Part shown: in pieces, positions 41,094 to 51,282 of the stretch
Position numbering within the stretch: position 1 is the stretch's first letter
Layout: the number at the start of each line of letters is the position of its first letter
Source: an uncultured delta proteobacterium
Lineage (GTDB): Bacteria > Myxococcota_A > Polyangia > Polyangiales > Polyangiaceae
Direction: 5' to 3'
NCBI GenBank assembly: GCA_963782055.1
Contig: CAWAIF010000003.1
Span: 832,001-896,000, forward strand
Length of the DNA: 64,000 bases
Notes under the pieces: model-generated
Database searches by the model: none
What the model saw: the letters and a program-made list of their open reading frames with translations, nothing else
Told to the model about the DNA's origin: nothing
Position numbers and translations under genes: made by a program

Positions 41094-42406
41094 TCATCGC
41101 AGGTGTCGTCGTCCTCGCCGTGGTGCTGCTCACCATGACGATGATCACGACCTTCCTTCGCAGCGTCGACGCGGGGGAGATCCTCCTCGCCAGCCGCGGG
41201 CGCAACCTCAAGATCTACCGCGGCCCCTGCAAGGCCCTCATCGTGCCGGTCATCACGCAGGTGCGCGTCATCCCGGCGCAGGCCATCAACGTCGACATCG
41301 AGATCACCGACCAGACGGCGGACATCGACGCCACCGGCCGCTCGGCCCCGGTGAAGGTCACCGTGAAGGCGTCGGCGATCGTGAGCGTCGGCGAGGACGA
41401 GGCGATGGTGAACACCGCCGCCAACAAGTTCTTCTCCAAGTCGCCCGTGACGCAGCTCTCGACGCTGACCGACGTGCTCTCGTCCGCTGGCCGCCGCGCC
41501 ATCAACCTGCTCAAGCACGATCAGCTCTTCAACGTGCGGACCATCGCCGCGTCGCAGCCCGCGGCCGCGGCCGTCGGCCCGGATGGGCACGCGCTCCCCG
41601 AGCGCAGCGAGGACGACGAGCTGGCCGTGATCATCAAGGACGCCTGCTCCCGCGAGCTGCTGGACCTCGGCCTCTCCTTCAACAGCCTGAACATCAAGGC
41701 GGTGCTGAGCGAGGTCGCCGAGGCGCGGCGTCGCGAGTCAGCGGCACGCGCCAAGGCGGACGCCGACGTCGTACAGGCGCAAGAGGAGCAGCGCGCGCGC
41801 GTCGCTCAGCTGGAGGCGGCGCAGAAGATCAACGATCAGGAGCGCGCGCTCAACATGCAGATCGCGTCCAACGCGGCCTCGGTGGCGAGGGCGGAGGCCG
41901 AGAAGCAGGCCGCCATCCGGGACAGGCGCGAGGCGGAGCTCGGGGCATCGCAGATCACCCAGGCCCGCGCCGACGCCGAGCAGAACCTCATCGCGCAGGA
42001 GGCGGACGGTCGCGCCCAGGCCGCGCGCATCAAGGCGATCGCCGAGGCAGAGGCGGAGGCGATCCGCCGCAAGGCTCTCGCGCTCATGGAGGCGGGTGGC
42101 ATCTACCTCGATCTGCGGCGGCTCGAGCTCGCGCCGGAGCTGACACAGCAGGTCGCCGCGGCGCTCGCCGGCGGGCAGTTCGTCAACTTCGGCACCTCGG
42201 GTGGCGCGGGGAGCGATCACGGCGCGGTCAGCACCGGCTCCGACGACGTGCTCCGTGTGGTCCAGACGCTCATGGCAGCGAAGGTGGTGACCGACTCCCC
42301 GCCGCCGGCGAGGGACACCCACGGCAACGGGACGGCCCGCGCCGCGCTGGAGGGCAAGCAGGTCGCGACGACCCTCCCCGCCCGCGCTCGCGGTCGCGAG
42401 CCGTGA
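41075..42406 (+). CDS. flotillin / SPFH domain protein
   Basis: N-terminal TM, SPFH-like region (V.V.ASAIV.V, ELLDLGL.FNSLNI) and Ala/Glu coiled coil with AEAEAEAI; AAGGAG RBS. Confidence 0.8.
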   Translation: MPEPSLIIAGVVVLAVVLLTMTMITTFLRSVDAGEILLASRGRNLKIYRGPCKALIVPVITQVRVIPAQAINVDIEITDQTADIDATGRSAPVKVTVKASAIVSVGEDEAMVNTAANKFFSKSPVTQLSTLTDVLSSAGRRAINLLKHDQLFNVRTIAASQPAAAAVGPDGHALPERSEDDELAVIIKDACSRELLDLGLSFNSLNIKAVLSEVAEARRRESAARAKADADVVQAQEEQRARVAQLEAAQKINDQERALNMQIASNAASVARAEAEKQAAIRDRREAELGASQITQARADAEQNLIAQEADGRAQAARIKAIAEAEAEAIRRKALALMEAGGIYLDLRRLELAPELTQQVAAALAGGQFVNFGTSGGAGSDHGAVSTGSDDVLRVVQTLMAAKVVTDSPPPARDTHGNGTARAALEGKQVATTLPARARGREP

Positions 42407-42455
42407 GGGACCTCGCGAGACAACCTCCGCGGGTGGTGTATCCTCGACCTACCAG

Positions 42456-43889
42456 GTGGTCGCCGCCCTCGACTTGCTCGACATGTTCCAGGCGCTCGGG
42501 CTCGCGGCGATCACCCTCGCCTGCGGCCGGGAGGACGTCGCCGGCGTCAACGACGCCGCCCGCCGCCTGCTCGGCATGCCCGAGGGGACGCCGCCGGGGG
42601 CGTGGCTGGAGCGCCTCCACCCTGCCGACCGAGAGGCCGTCCGGGAGGCGTGCCGCGCGTCGGGCGCGTCGCGGGCGGTCTTCCGCGTCACCGCCGACGA
42701 GCTCTCCTTCCACACCGTCCACCTCGAGCTCCGCCCGCAGGAGGAGCTCACCCTCGGTCTTCTGGTGGAGAGCGCCGCGCGGGTGCCCCCAGGCACGGCG
42801 CCGCTCGAGGCGCTGATCGAGGCGCTGCCCTTCGAGGTCTGGGAGCGCGACACGGACGGCGTGCTCATCCGCCAGAACTCGACGTGCCTGCGCAACTGGG
42901 GGACGCGGCTCGGTACCACCGTGGAGTCCATGGAGCTCCCCGAGAAGCTGGCGCGGCTGTGGGCGTCGCTGAACGCGCGCGCCCTCTCCGGCGAGGTCGT
43001 CAGCCACCCCATCGATCACGAGCTGGGCGGGCATTGCGTCAGCCACATCAACCTCGTCGCCCCGGTGAGCGAGGGCGAGCGCATCCGCGGTGTCGTGGGC
43101 GTGAACATCGACATCACGGCCACCAAGGAGGCGGAGCGACAATCCGCGGAGCTCGTCGCGCAGCTCTCCCGCTCGCTCGAGGAGCTCGCCCTCGCGCAGG
43201 CGACGCTGGTCAGGCGCGAGCGCCTCGCCGCCCTCGGCGAGCTCGCCGCGGTGGTGGCCCACGAGGTGCGCAACCCGCTCGCGGCCATCTACACCTCCCT
43301 CTCCACCCTCAAGCGACAGGTGATCTTCGATCGCGACGCCGCGGTGCTCTTCGGCATCCTGGAGGAGGAGGCGGAGCGTCTGAACCGCACCGTGAGCGAC
43401 CTGCTCAACTACGTGCGGCCGCTCCAGCCGGAGCGCCGTCCGGACGATCTCGCCGAGCTGGTGCGCGACGTCGTGCGCGAGCGCTGCGACGCGCGGCCGG
43501 AGGGCCGCGGCGAGCTCGTGGCGGGGGTGATCGCCCCTGCTGCCTTCGAGCCGGTGCACGCCGACCCGATCCTGATGCGCGTCGCGCTGTCCAACCTGGT
43601 GGCCAACGCCATCCAGGCCATGCCCGAGGGCGGCCGGCTCACCGTGACGCTGGCGGACGTGAAGCACGAGGAGCGCGACGCGGTGACGATCGCCGTGCGC
43701 GACGATGGCATCGGCATTCCCGCGGCGGTGATCGACCGCGTCTTCGAGCCCTTCTTCACGACGCGCGCGTCTGGCGCGGGCATCGGCCTCGCGGTGGTGC
43801 GCCGCATCGTGGAGGCGCACGAGGGACAGGTCACCGCGGACAGCGATCCCGACCGCGGCACCACCTTCACGATCTTCCTCCCGCGGTGA
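42456..43889 (+). CDS. PAS-domain sensor histidine kinase
   Basis: PAS-like segments, H-box LGELAAVVAHEVRNPL, N-box NLVANAIQAM, DDGIGI, FEPFFTT, GIGL. Confidence 0.93.
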   Translation: MVAALDLLDMFQALGLAAITLACGREDVAGVNDAARRLLGMPEGTPPGAWLERLHPADREAVREACRASGASRAVFRVTADELSFHTVHLELRPQEELTLGLLVESAARVPPGTAPLEALIEALPFEVWERDTDGVLIRQNSTCLRNWGTRLGTTVESMELPEKLARLWASLNARALSGEVVSHPIDHELGGHCVSHINLVAPVSEGERIRGVVGVNIDITATKEAERQSAELVAQLSRSLEELALAQATLVRRERLAALGELAAVVAHEVRNPLAAIYTSLSTLKRQVIFDRDAAVLFGILEEEAERLNRTVSDLLNYVRPLQPERRPDDLAELVRDVVRERCDARPEGRGELVAGVIAPAAFEPVHADPILMRVALSNLVANAIQAMPEGGRLTVTLADVKHEERDAVTIAVRDDGIGIPAAVIDRVFEPFFTTRASGAGIGLAVVRRIVEAHEGQVTADSDPDRGTTFTIFLPR

Positions 43890-43927
43890 GGCCTCGAGAG
43901 TCACCTGGGCGGGGTGGCGAGGACGCT

Positions 43928-43965
43928 CGACGCGTAGCGGAGGGCCCGCGCGGGGAGGGCCCCGC
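43928..43965 (-). repeat. 38-bp intergenic repeat, copy 1 (inverted relative to 45692-45730)
   Basis: Reverse complement GCGGGGCCCTCCCCGCGCGGGCCCTCCGCTACGCGTCG matches 45692-45730 with one mismatch and one indel. Confidence 0.8.
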
Positions 43966-44838
43966 TCAGGTATGCACCTCGACCGTCTCCACCTTCCCGG
44001 CGCGCACGACCTTGAGCACCACCTTCACCTCCACCTTGGTACGGAGCGCCGAGGCGAGCTCCCACGGGCTGCCGACGCGCACGCCGTCCAGCTCCAGGAT
44101 CACGTCGCCGATGAGCATGCCGGCCTTCTCCGCCGGGCTCCCCGGCTCCAGCGCATGAATCAGGATCCCGACAGGCTGCCCCGCCGCTTGCTCCGTCGCC
44201 GCCGGCAGCTTCACAGGGTGGACGCCGACGCCGAGGTAGCCGCGCCGCACCTTGCCGTGCGCGAGCAGCTCGCCGACGACGCGCTCCAGCGTGACGTGCG
44301 GGAGGGTGACCCGGGCGTGGCGGAGCACGCCGCGGTTGTTCATGCCGAGCGCGTTGCCGTCCAGGTCGAGCAGCAGGCCGCCGGAGTAGCCGGGGGGCAT
44401 GTCGGCGTCGGCCTCCAGGTAGCGCTCGACGTGACCGCCGCCGGGCGTTCGGTACGACTCGCCGAAGGTGCTGACGATGCCGAGGGTGGCGCGGACGGTC
44501 TTGCCCGGCCGCGCGACGGCCACGACGAGGTGGCCCACCTTCAGGCCCTCCAGCGCGCGGAAGGTCACCGCGGAGAGGCCCTTCGCATCGAGGCGCACGA
44601 TGGCGAGGTCGGTGCCCTCGTCGCGGCCGACCACCGAGCCGGTGTGCGTCGCGCCGTCGTGGAGGGTGATCTCGATGTCTTCGTCGCGCTCCAGCACGTG
44701 GTTGGCGGTGACGATGACGCCGTCCTCGGACCAGACGGTACCGCTGGCGTTCCAGCGGTGGCCGCCGTCCACGCGGACGAGGCCGGGTGCTGCCTTCTCG
44801 ACGGCGGCGGCGATGGATTCGGAGGAGAGGTTGGTCAT
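43966..44838 (-). CDS. trypsin-like serine protease with PDZ domain (HtrA/S1C-like, no signal peptide)
   Basis: Catalytic triad TANHV / GTDLA / PGYSGG; PDZ GYLGV..SPAEKAG..GDVI. Confidence 0.9.
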   Translation of the reverse strand: MTNLSSESIAAAVEKAAPGLVRVDGGHRWNASGTVWSEDGVIVTANHVLERDEDIEITLHDGATHTGSVVGRDEGTDLAIVRLDAKGLSAVTFRALEGLKVGHLVVAVARPGKTVRATLGIVSTFGESYRTPGGGHVERYLEADADMPPGYSGGLLLDLDGNALGMNNRGVLRHARVTLPHVTLERVVGELLAHGKVRRGYLGVGVHPVKLPAATEQAAGQPVGILIHALEPGSPAEKAGMLIGDVILELDGVRVGSPWELASALRTKVEVKVVLKVVRAGKVETVEVHT

Positions 44839-45007
44839 GGTCGTTGCTCCTGGTCCGGAGTATGGAGACCGCGCCCCGGCGTCACATCGCCCGAAGCGGC
44901 AAAAATCGGCCTGCTCCGATGGATCGACGCCGCCCCCTTCCCTAGCCGAAAGGCCGGGGTCGCTTGACGCCGGCGGCGGAGGACCCACCTTGGACTCCGG
45001 TTACCTC

Positions 45008-45646
45008 TTGGATTCCCCGAACGATCAGGACCTCGCATCACCCGGCACGCCGCTCGAGGTGGTGGTGGTCGCGGAGGACCCTCTGGCGAGGTCGGCGCTC
45101 TCCATGCTCTTGACGGGTCAAGGAATGTCGGTGGCCACGGTCACCTCCGGCGGCGCCGCGGGCGACGCGCGCGCGGACGTCGCCGTGTGGGACCTCGGGG
45201 CGGACACCCGCCAGGCGCAGGAGCGCATCGACGAGATGGACGCGGCGCCGCAGCGGGTGGTCGCCCTCCTGCCCGACGCGACGCACGCCCCGGCGGCCTT
45301 CGCCGCGGGCGCGCGCGGGCTGCTCCTGCGCGAGACCAACGGGCCCTCGCTGGGGGCGGCCCTGCGCGCCGTCGCCGCCGGCCTCGTCGTGGTGGACCCC
45401 GCGCTCGCCACGGCGGTGGTCCCGGCGCGGGAGCGCGCCCCCCTCGCCGCGGAGCTGACCACCCGCGAGTCGGAGGTGCTGCAGCTCCTCTCCGCCGGCC
45501 TCTCCAACAAGGAGATCGCCGCGCGCATGAAGATCAGCGATCACACGGTGAAGTTCCACGTCAACGCCATCCTCACCAAGCTCGGAGTGAGCAGCCGGAC
45601 GGAGGCGGTGGTGCAGGCCGCCAAGCGCGGCCTGGTCATTCTTTGA
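45008..45646 (+). CDS. NarL/LuxR-family response regulator (atypical receiver)
   Basis: VVVVAED, VAVWD, GARGLL; Lux[48 protein letters not shown]. Start (TTG) uncertain. Confidence 0.88.
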   Translation: MDSPNDQDLASPGTPLEVVVVAEDPLARSALSMLLTGQGMSVATVTSGGAAGDARADVAVWDLGADTRQAQERIDEMDAAPQRVVALLPDATHAPAAFAAGARGLLLRETNGPSLGAALRAVAAGLVVVDPALATAVVPARERAPLAAELTTRESEVLQLLSAGLSNKEIAARMKISDHTVKFHVNAILTKLGVSSRTEAVVQAAKRGLVIL

Positions 45647-45691
45647 GAGGGGCGGCACGCGCCGCCCCTCCCCGCCCAAGTGAGTTGGCTG

Positions 45692-45730
45692 GCGGGGCCC
45701 CTCCCCACGCGGGCCCTCCGCTACGCGTCG
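45692..45730 (+). repeat. 39-bp intergenic repeat, copy 2
   Basis: GCGGGGCCCCTCCCCACGCGGGCCCTCCGCTACGCGTCG; inverted match to 43928-43965. Confidence 0.8.
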
Positions 45731-45826
45731 GGCTTGGCGTACCTGGTAGGAACGGCTCGAGTGAATGGCGGCCGGGAACGGGAAGGTCTGGGTACGTCCG
45801 GCGTACCTTCCGCTATGCTCCGCAGC

Positions 45827-46993
45827 ATGGAAGAGGAGCGGAAGGGCTCGCGTCGGTGCGGGCCGTGGATCGTCGGTGCGGGGCTCGTGCTCGGTGCCGC
45901 CGGCGTGCTCGCCGCGTGCGGCGGCGCGCAGAGGCCGGACACCGCATCACCCATCGTGGTCGCCTTGCCGACGGCCACGCCGCCCGCCCCGGGCGCCGGC
46001 GTGACCGCAAACGCCGATGGCGGCGAGCTCGGGACGGCGAGCGCCGCCGATGCGGGAGGCTTGGCGGCGTCGACGGGTGGCGACGAGCAGATGACCGCCC
46101 GCGCCGCGCTGCGCAAGGCGCTGGAGCTACACGTCAAGGCGTGCGACGGCGGCAAGGCGGAGGAGTGCAACACCGCCGGCATCGCCTACGAAGAGGGCCA
46201 GGGCGTCACCGTCGACTACCACGAGGCGGCGGGCCTCTACGGGAAGGCGTGCACCACGGGCGCGGCGGACGGCTGCGCCAACCTGGGCGCCCTCTATGAC
46301 GACGGCAAGGGCTTCCCGGAGGACAAGGTCAAGGCCTCCAAGCTCTACGAGCAGGCGTGCGCGGGCAAGTCCAACCGCGGGTGCAACCACCTCGGCCTGC
46401 ACTACCTGTACGCGACTGGCGGCAAGAAGCAGGACTACAAGAAGGCGGTGGAGCTCTTCAAGCGCGCGTGCGATCGCAGCGACGCCTACGCCTGCACCAA
46501 CCTCGGCTACATGTACTGGAAGGGCTGGGGCGTGAAGCAGGACATGCCCACGTGCGTGAAGCTCTATCAGCAGGGCTGCGACGGCGGCGACCCGAACGGG
46601 TGCCACAACCTGGGCGTGCAGTACGAGCACGGCGAGGGCGTCGCGAAGAGCGACGCGCTCGCGGCGGGCGTCTACGCCAAGGCCTGCGCGGGCGGCGCCA
46701 TGGGGGGGTGCGTCAACCTGGGCGTGCTCTACGAGGACGGTCGCGGCGTCGCGAAGGACGACACGAAGGCGGCGACCTACTACCAGCAGGGCTGCAAGGG
46801 CGGCAAGGCGAGCGGCTGCTACAACCTCGGCCGCCTGACGGAGGACGGCCGCGGCGTGCTGCAGGACATCCCCCGGGCGGAGGCGCTCTACCAGAAGGCG
46901 TGCAACATGAACGACGCGCTCGCGTGCACCAGCTACGCCAAGCTGATCAGCGGAGACGCGGGCGCGGGCGTGGCCGTGGGCGTGGGCCCGTGA
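45827..46993 (+). CDS. Sel1-like (Cys-paired, Hcp-type) repeat lipoprotein
   Basis: LAAC lipobox; about eight repeats of the form C.NLG..Y..G.GV..D..A..Y..AC. Confidence 0.9.
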   Translation: MEEERKGSRRCGPWIVGAGLVLGAAGVLAACGGAQRPDTASPIVVALPTATPPAPGAGVTANADGGELGTASAADAGGLAASTGGDEQMTARAALRKALELHVKACDGGKAEECNTAGIAYEEGQGVTVDYHEAAGLYGKACTTGAADGCANLGALYDDGKGFPEDKVKASKLYEQACAGKSNRGCNHLGLHYLYATGGKKQDYKKAVELFKRACDRSDAYACTNLGYMYWKGWGVKQDMPTCVKLYQQGCDGGDPNGCHNLGVQYEHGEGVAKSDALAAGVYAKACAGGAMGGCVNLGVLYEDGRGVAKDDTKAATYYQQGCKGGKASGCYNLGRLTEDGRGVLQDIPRAEALYQKACNMNDALACTSYAKLISGDAGAGVAVGVGP

Positions 46994-47012
46994 CGCCGGA
47001 GCACGCCGCCGG

Positions 47013-47801
47013 TCAGCGCGGCGGCGCCGCCGTGGCGGGCGCCCAGCGCGACGCGAGCACGTTCGCGGCGTCCCGCACCATCCCCGCCCCGCGCGCGAAG
47101 GCGACCGTCGCGAAGCCGTGGGAGAAGACGGCGCACAGCGGCGGCGTGCCGCCGTCCCAGTAGGTCCAGCACTCCCGCGAGGTGCCCCAGTACTCCAGCA
47201 GCCAGCCGAGCAGGCTGCCGGCGGCGAAGCGCACCAGGTCCTCGCGCGGGGTCTTGCCGGTGAGGCACGCGAGCGCGACGAAGGCGTAGGCCACCCAGGT
47301 CAGGGGGTGGGCGCGCCCGGGCGCCGTCCAGACCCAGAGGTACATGCAGAACGCGAGCAACGCCCCGCCGCGCAGCCAGCGGACCACGCGCCCGTCACGC
47401 CGTGGGACCACGCGCAGGGCGGCGCGCGCCAGGCGCTCGGTCGCCAGCGCCGCGACCGGCCAGGCGGGCAGGATGAAGAGGGGAGGCTGCTCGTGGGTGA
47501 AGTACGTCCACAGGCCGGAGCGGGTGCCCCACGTCTCGATGACCAGGCCCCCGCCGAAGGCGACGAGCGCCAGCGGCAGATCGCGCCGCGCCTCGAAGCG
47601 GTGCGCGCCGAGGGCCATCATGGCGAGCCAGAGGAAGAGGAGCAGGCCGTCGAAGTCCGCCCAGGTCAAGGACACGTAGTCCCGCCAGACGATGCCGCAG
47701 GCTGAGCCGACGAGGATCACCGCGGTGACGACGAGCACGCTCCGCCGGTCGTAGCCCTCCGCCACGCCTCGCCACGCCGTTCGGATCGAGGAATGTCCCA
47801 T
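47013..47801 (-). CDS. hypothetical integral membrane protein with internal duplication
   Basis: Two similar halves, GLVIETWGTRSGLWTY..PP and GWLLEYWGTSRECWTY..PP, plus several TM helices. Start uncertain. Confidence 0.7.
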   Translation of the reverse strand: MGHSSIRTAWRGVAEGYDRRSVLVVTAVILVGSACGIVWRDYVSLTWADFDGLLLFLWLAMMALGAHRFEARRDLPLALVAFGGGLVIETWGTRSGLWTYFTHEQPPLFILPAWPVAALATERLARAALRVVPRRDGRVVRWLRGGALLAFCMYLWVWTAPGRAHPLTWVAYAFVALACLTGKTPREDLVRFAAGSLLGWLLEYWGTSRECWTYWDGGTPPLCAVFSHGFATVAFARGAGMVRDAANVLASRWAPATAAPPR

Positions 47802-47849
47802 TGCCGGCCGAACGTTTTACCATGGACCCACCCCGGACCTTCCCCGACC

Positions 47850-49397
47850 ATGAACCTCCTCGTCCGTTTCGCCATCTTGCTCGCCCTCGGGGGCGCCGCC
47901 CTCGGGGCCGGCGCGTGGGCGAGGGGCCGCTATCTGCCCGGCGGCGACACCCTGCCCGGCCTGAAGGTGGACGGGGCGCTCGTCCAGGGCGACGTCGCCG
48001 GGCTGGTTCACGAGCGCGCGCAGGCGCTCCTCGACCGGCAGGTGCGCCTCGTCTCCGGCGCCGACGGCGCGCTCCTGGAGACGCGGACGCTCGGGCAGCT
48101 CGGCGTGCACGTCGACGAGGCGGCGGTCGTCGCCCGCGCCCGCGCGCTGGGCCACCAGGGCGACATGCTGCAGCGCGCCCACCTGGAGGAGCGGGCCCGC
48201 GCCGGGGAGCTGGACGTGCCCCTGGAGCCCTCCGTCGACGCCGACGCGGTGGTGGCGGCCATCGTCCCCTTCAAGGAGACGCTGGACCGCGCGCCCGTCT
48301 CCGCGCGCCTCGACCTGGACGAGCGCAAGGTGATCGCGGGCAAGCCGGGCCGCTACCTCGACGCGTATGGCGCCGCCGAGGCGGTGGGCGCGGCCGCCCG
48401 GGACGCCGGCGCCTCCGAGGTGCACGTGCCGGTGGTCGCCGTCGCGCCGCGTGTCAGCGCCGACTTCGTGCGGAGCATCGACATCCACGTGGTGCTCGCG
48501 GAGTACTCCACCTACTTCTCGCGCGCGGGCGGCCAGAAGCGGCGCGGCGAGAACATCGATGTGGGGGCGAGCAAGCTGGACGGCCTGGTGCTCTCGCCCG
48601 GCGAGATCGTCAGCTTCAACCAGGTCGTGGGCGACCGTTCGCTGGAGAACGGCTTCCACAAGAGCTGGGAGATCTTCAAGGGGGAGATGGTGGAGGGCAT
48701 CGGCGGCGGGACGTGCCAGGTCGCCTCCACGCTGCACGCGGCCGCGCTCTTCGCCGGGCTGGAGGTGCTCGAGCGCCTGCCGCACTCCCGCCCGCTCGGC
48801 TACATCCCGATGGGCCTGGACGCGACCGTCGTCTATCCCATCGTCGACCTGAAGCTGCGCGATCCGTACGACTTCCCGGTCGTGCTGCACGCCAGGACGG
48901 AGGGCAACAAGCTGACGATGCAGCTCCTCGGCGCGGCCAAGCCGAAGAAGGTGACCTTCACGCGGGAGGTGGTGGGGACCAGGCCCTTCGGCCGCACCGT
49001 CGAGGAGAACGACAGGCTCTCCGGCGAGACGGTGATGGTGAAGCAGCACGGCATCCGCGGCTTCAAGGTGGAGCGCCACCGCACCATCGTCGACGCCGAC
49101 GGCACGCGGCGGGAGGAGAAGAACGTGGACGTCTACCCGCCCACCAACGAGGTGTACGCCGTGCCGCCGGGCTTCGACGTGTCGCAGCTCCCCCCGCTGC
49201 CGGGTCAGGCGGACGACGACGATGACGACGCGAGCGACGCGACGGCCGCGGCTGCGCCCCCTCCGGAGCCGGGCGCGGTGGCGTGCGCGGGGGACTGCCC
49301 GCCGGTGTCGGCGGTGAAGTTCGTGGAGGGGCGGGGCGCGCATCATCCGACGAAGGCGGTGGTGAGTCCGCCGAAGAAGCTGACGCTCACGCGGTGA
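47850..49397 (+). CDS. VanW family protein with peptidoglycan-binding-4-like region and G5-like tail
   Basis: R..NI..SKLDG.VL.PGE..SFNQVVG.RS.ENGF, GIGGGTCQVASTL, ERLPHS..YIPMGLDATV, DLK. Confidence 0.9.
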   Translation: MNLLVRFAILLALGGAALGAGAWARGRYLPGGDTLPGLKVDGALVQGDVAGLVHERAQALLDRQVRLVSGADGALLETRTLGQLGVHVDEAAVVARARALGHQGDMLQRAHLEERARAGELDVPLEPSVDADAVVAAIVPFKETLDRAPVSARLDLDERKVIAGKPGRYLDAYGAAEAVGAAARDAGASEVHVPVVAVAPRVSADFVRSIDIHVVLAEYSTYFSRAGGQKRRGENIDVGASKLDGLVLSPGEIVSFNQVVGDRSLENGFHKSWEIFKGEMVEGIGGGTCQVASTLHAAALFAGLEVLERLPHSRPLGYIPMGLDATVVYPIVDLKLRDPYDFPVVLHARTEGNKLTMQLLGAAKPKKVTFTREVVGTRPFGRTVEENDRLSGETVMVKQHGIRGFKVERHRTIVDADGTRREEKNVDVYPPTNEVYAVPPGFDVSQLPPLPGQADDDDDDASDATAAAAPPPEPGAVACAGDCPPVSAVKFVEGRGAHHPTKAVVSPPKKLTLTR

Positions 49398-49671
49398 AGG
49401 AGGGGAGGGGGGGGTGCCCCTCCGGGCGCCATGCTCGGGCTCGTGCTCGCCTTCGCGCGTGCCGCCGGTGGGTGCGGAGTGCACGGAGTCCGGCACGCAC
49501 GAAGGCTTGCGCGCGAGCCCTGCGCGTGGCGCCCCTCCCCTCGATGTCGCGCTTCGCGCGCCATCGGGGAGGCTGGTGGGCTGTCCTGCGCTGACCTCGG
49601 CGCAGGAGGGGTGGGGCCCTCCTCCGATTGGCCGAACGTGGGCGGCGTTGCGCGAGGGGGACGGCGCGGGA

Positions 49672-51144
49672 TCAGGGCTGCGGCGGGTGGCCGCACGCTT
49701 GGGGCGAGCCCGCGGTGCAGGCGCGCTCGAGGAGGGCCGCGGCGCGCGCCGGATCCTTCGGCACGCCGATGCCCTTCTGGTAGGCCGTCGCGAGGTTCGC
49801 GCAGGCGTCGGCGTAGTTGAGGTCGCAGCCGCGGCCCAGCAACTCGACCGCCTTCGTCGGGTCCCGCTGCGGGTTGGCCGGGTCGTCGAGGACCACGGCC
49901 AGCTGGTTGCAGCCGCGGCCCCCGCCGCCCTCGCACTCCCGCGTGAAGAGCCTCACGGCCTCGTCGACGTCTTGCGGGAGCTCGCCCAGCAGATACATGA
50001 GACCGAGACCGTCACACGCGTCCCAGTCCTTGGCGTCGCACGCTCGCCGGAGGAGCTTCGCGGCGCGCGGCGGATCCTTCGGTCGCCCGATGCCGACGCC
50101 CGTCCGCAGCGCGTTGCCCAGGTTGGCGCATCCGTGGACCGAGCCGCTGCGGCACGCCGCGTCGAGCAGGGCGTACGCGCGGACCTGGCTGACGGGCCCG
50201 CCGTCCCCGCGCGCGTGGAGCACCGCCTCGTCTGCGCAGGCGTCGGCGTCCCCGAGCTGGCACGCCGTGTCGTACAGGGCGCGCGCACGCCGGAACAGGG
50301 TCTGGGCCCGCCCTGAGTCGCTCGTTCGCTTTCTCTCGGCGGCGATGATGCAACCTCGCGCCACGAGGCCGTCGCCGGTCGCGTCGTAGTCGGTCACGTC
50401 CCCCATCGTGCAGGCCCGCTCGTAGAGCGAGAGGGTGAGCGTGGGATCCACGGGCACGCCCGCTCCACGGGCGTAGGCGCTCCCGAGCAGCGCGCACGCC
50501 GGGGCGTAGCCCCCGTCGCACGCCCTCTTCTGCAGGGCGACGACCTCCCCTTCGGGAGCGTGCGTCGCGCGGAGAATGGCGGCGAGGTTCTCGCACACCG
50601 CCGCGACGCCCCCGTCGCATCCCCGCTTGCCGAGCGCGATGGCTCGCTGGAGGTCTCGCGGGACTCCCTCTCCGGTGACATACATGGCGGCGAGCACCCC
50701 ACATGCCTCGGGCGTGCCGGTCTCGCACGTGTGCTCGATCAGGGTCTTGGCTCGAGCCGTATCCGCGCGCACGCCCAGGCCGTGCAGGAGAGCCTGCCCG
50801 AACAAGGTGCAGCCCTGCCCGTCCCCGACGTCGCACGCCTTGCGATAGAACACCGCGGCGCGCGTCGCGTCCCGCTTCAGGCCGCGCCCGTGGCTGTACA
50901 TCTGTCCGAGGGTGAAGCAGGCGCGGCCCACGCCCGCGCTGCACGCGTGATCGAACAGCTCGCGCGCGCCTTCGGGGTCCTTGCGCAAGAGCGCTCGGCC
51001 CGCCTCCACGCAAGCCTTCGCATCTCCCCCATCGCACGGCCCGACCTTCGTCTGCGGCGATGCCGCGGCGGGGGCTACGGCGCTCGGTCCACACGCACAC
51101 GCGGACAGCAGCAGAACGCAAACGAGCAGCGCGTGATCGGACAT
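49672..51144 (-). CDS. Sel1-like repeat lipoprotein
   Basis: Signal MSDHALLVCVLLLSACAC; many AC..LG..Y..G.G...D..A...RAC repeats. Confidence 0.88.
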   Translation of the reverse strand: MSDHALLVCVLLLSACACGPSAVAPAAASPQTKVGPCDGGDAKACVEAGRALLRKDPEGARELFDHACSAGVGRACFTLGQMYSHGRGLKRDATRAAVFYRKACDVGDGQGCTLFGQALLHGLGVRADTARAKTLIEHTCETGTPEACGVLAAMYVTGEGVPRDLQRAIALGKRGCDGGVAAVCENLAAILRATHAPEGEVVALQKRACDGGYAPACALLGSAYARGAGVPVDPTLTLSLYERACTMGDVTDYDATGDGLVARGCIIAAERKRTSDSGRAQTLFRRARALYDTACQLGDADACADEAVLHARGDGGPVSQVRAYALLDAACRSGSVHGCANLGNALRTGVGIGRPKDPPRAAKLLRRACDAKDWDACDGLGLMYLLGELPQDVDEAVRLFTRECEGGGGRGCNQLAVVLDDPANPQRDPTKAVELLGRGCDLNYADACANLATAYQKGIGVPKDPARAAALLERACTAGSPQACGHPPQP

Positions 51145-51282
51145 CGTGTTCTCGGGACCCCTGCGGTGGACTGCTGCTACGGCCCGGGCGCGGAGGAGCT
51201 TCCCCGGCTCACGCGGCACAAGGGAAGGGGGGGCCGCGCGACGATGGTTGACCCGGGCGCGCCACGCGGGTCTCATCGCACC

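Noticed and set aside
47850..49397. VanW gene as evidence of vancomycin resistance
   Set aside because: No vanHAX or vanRS genes nearby; VanW-domain proteins are widespread cell-envelope proteins.
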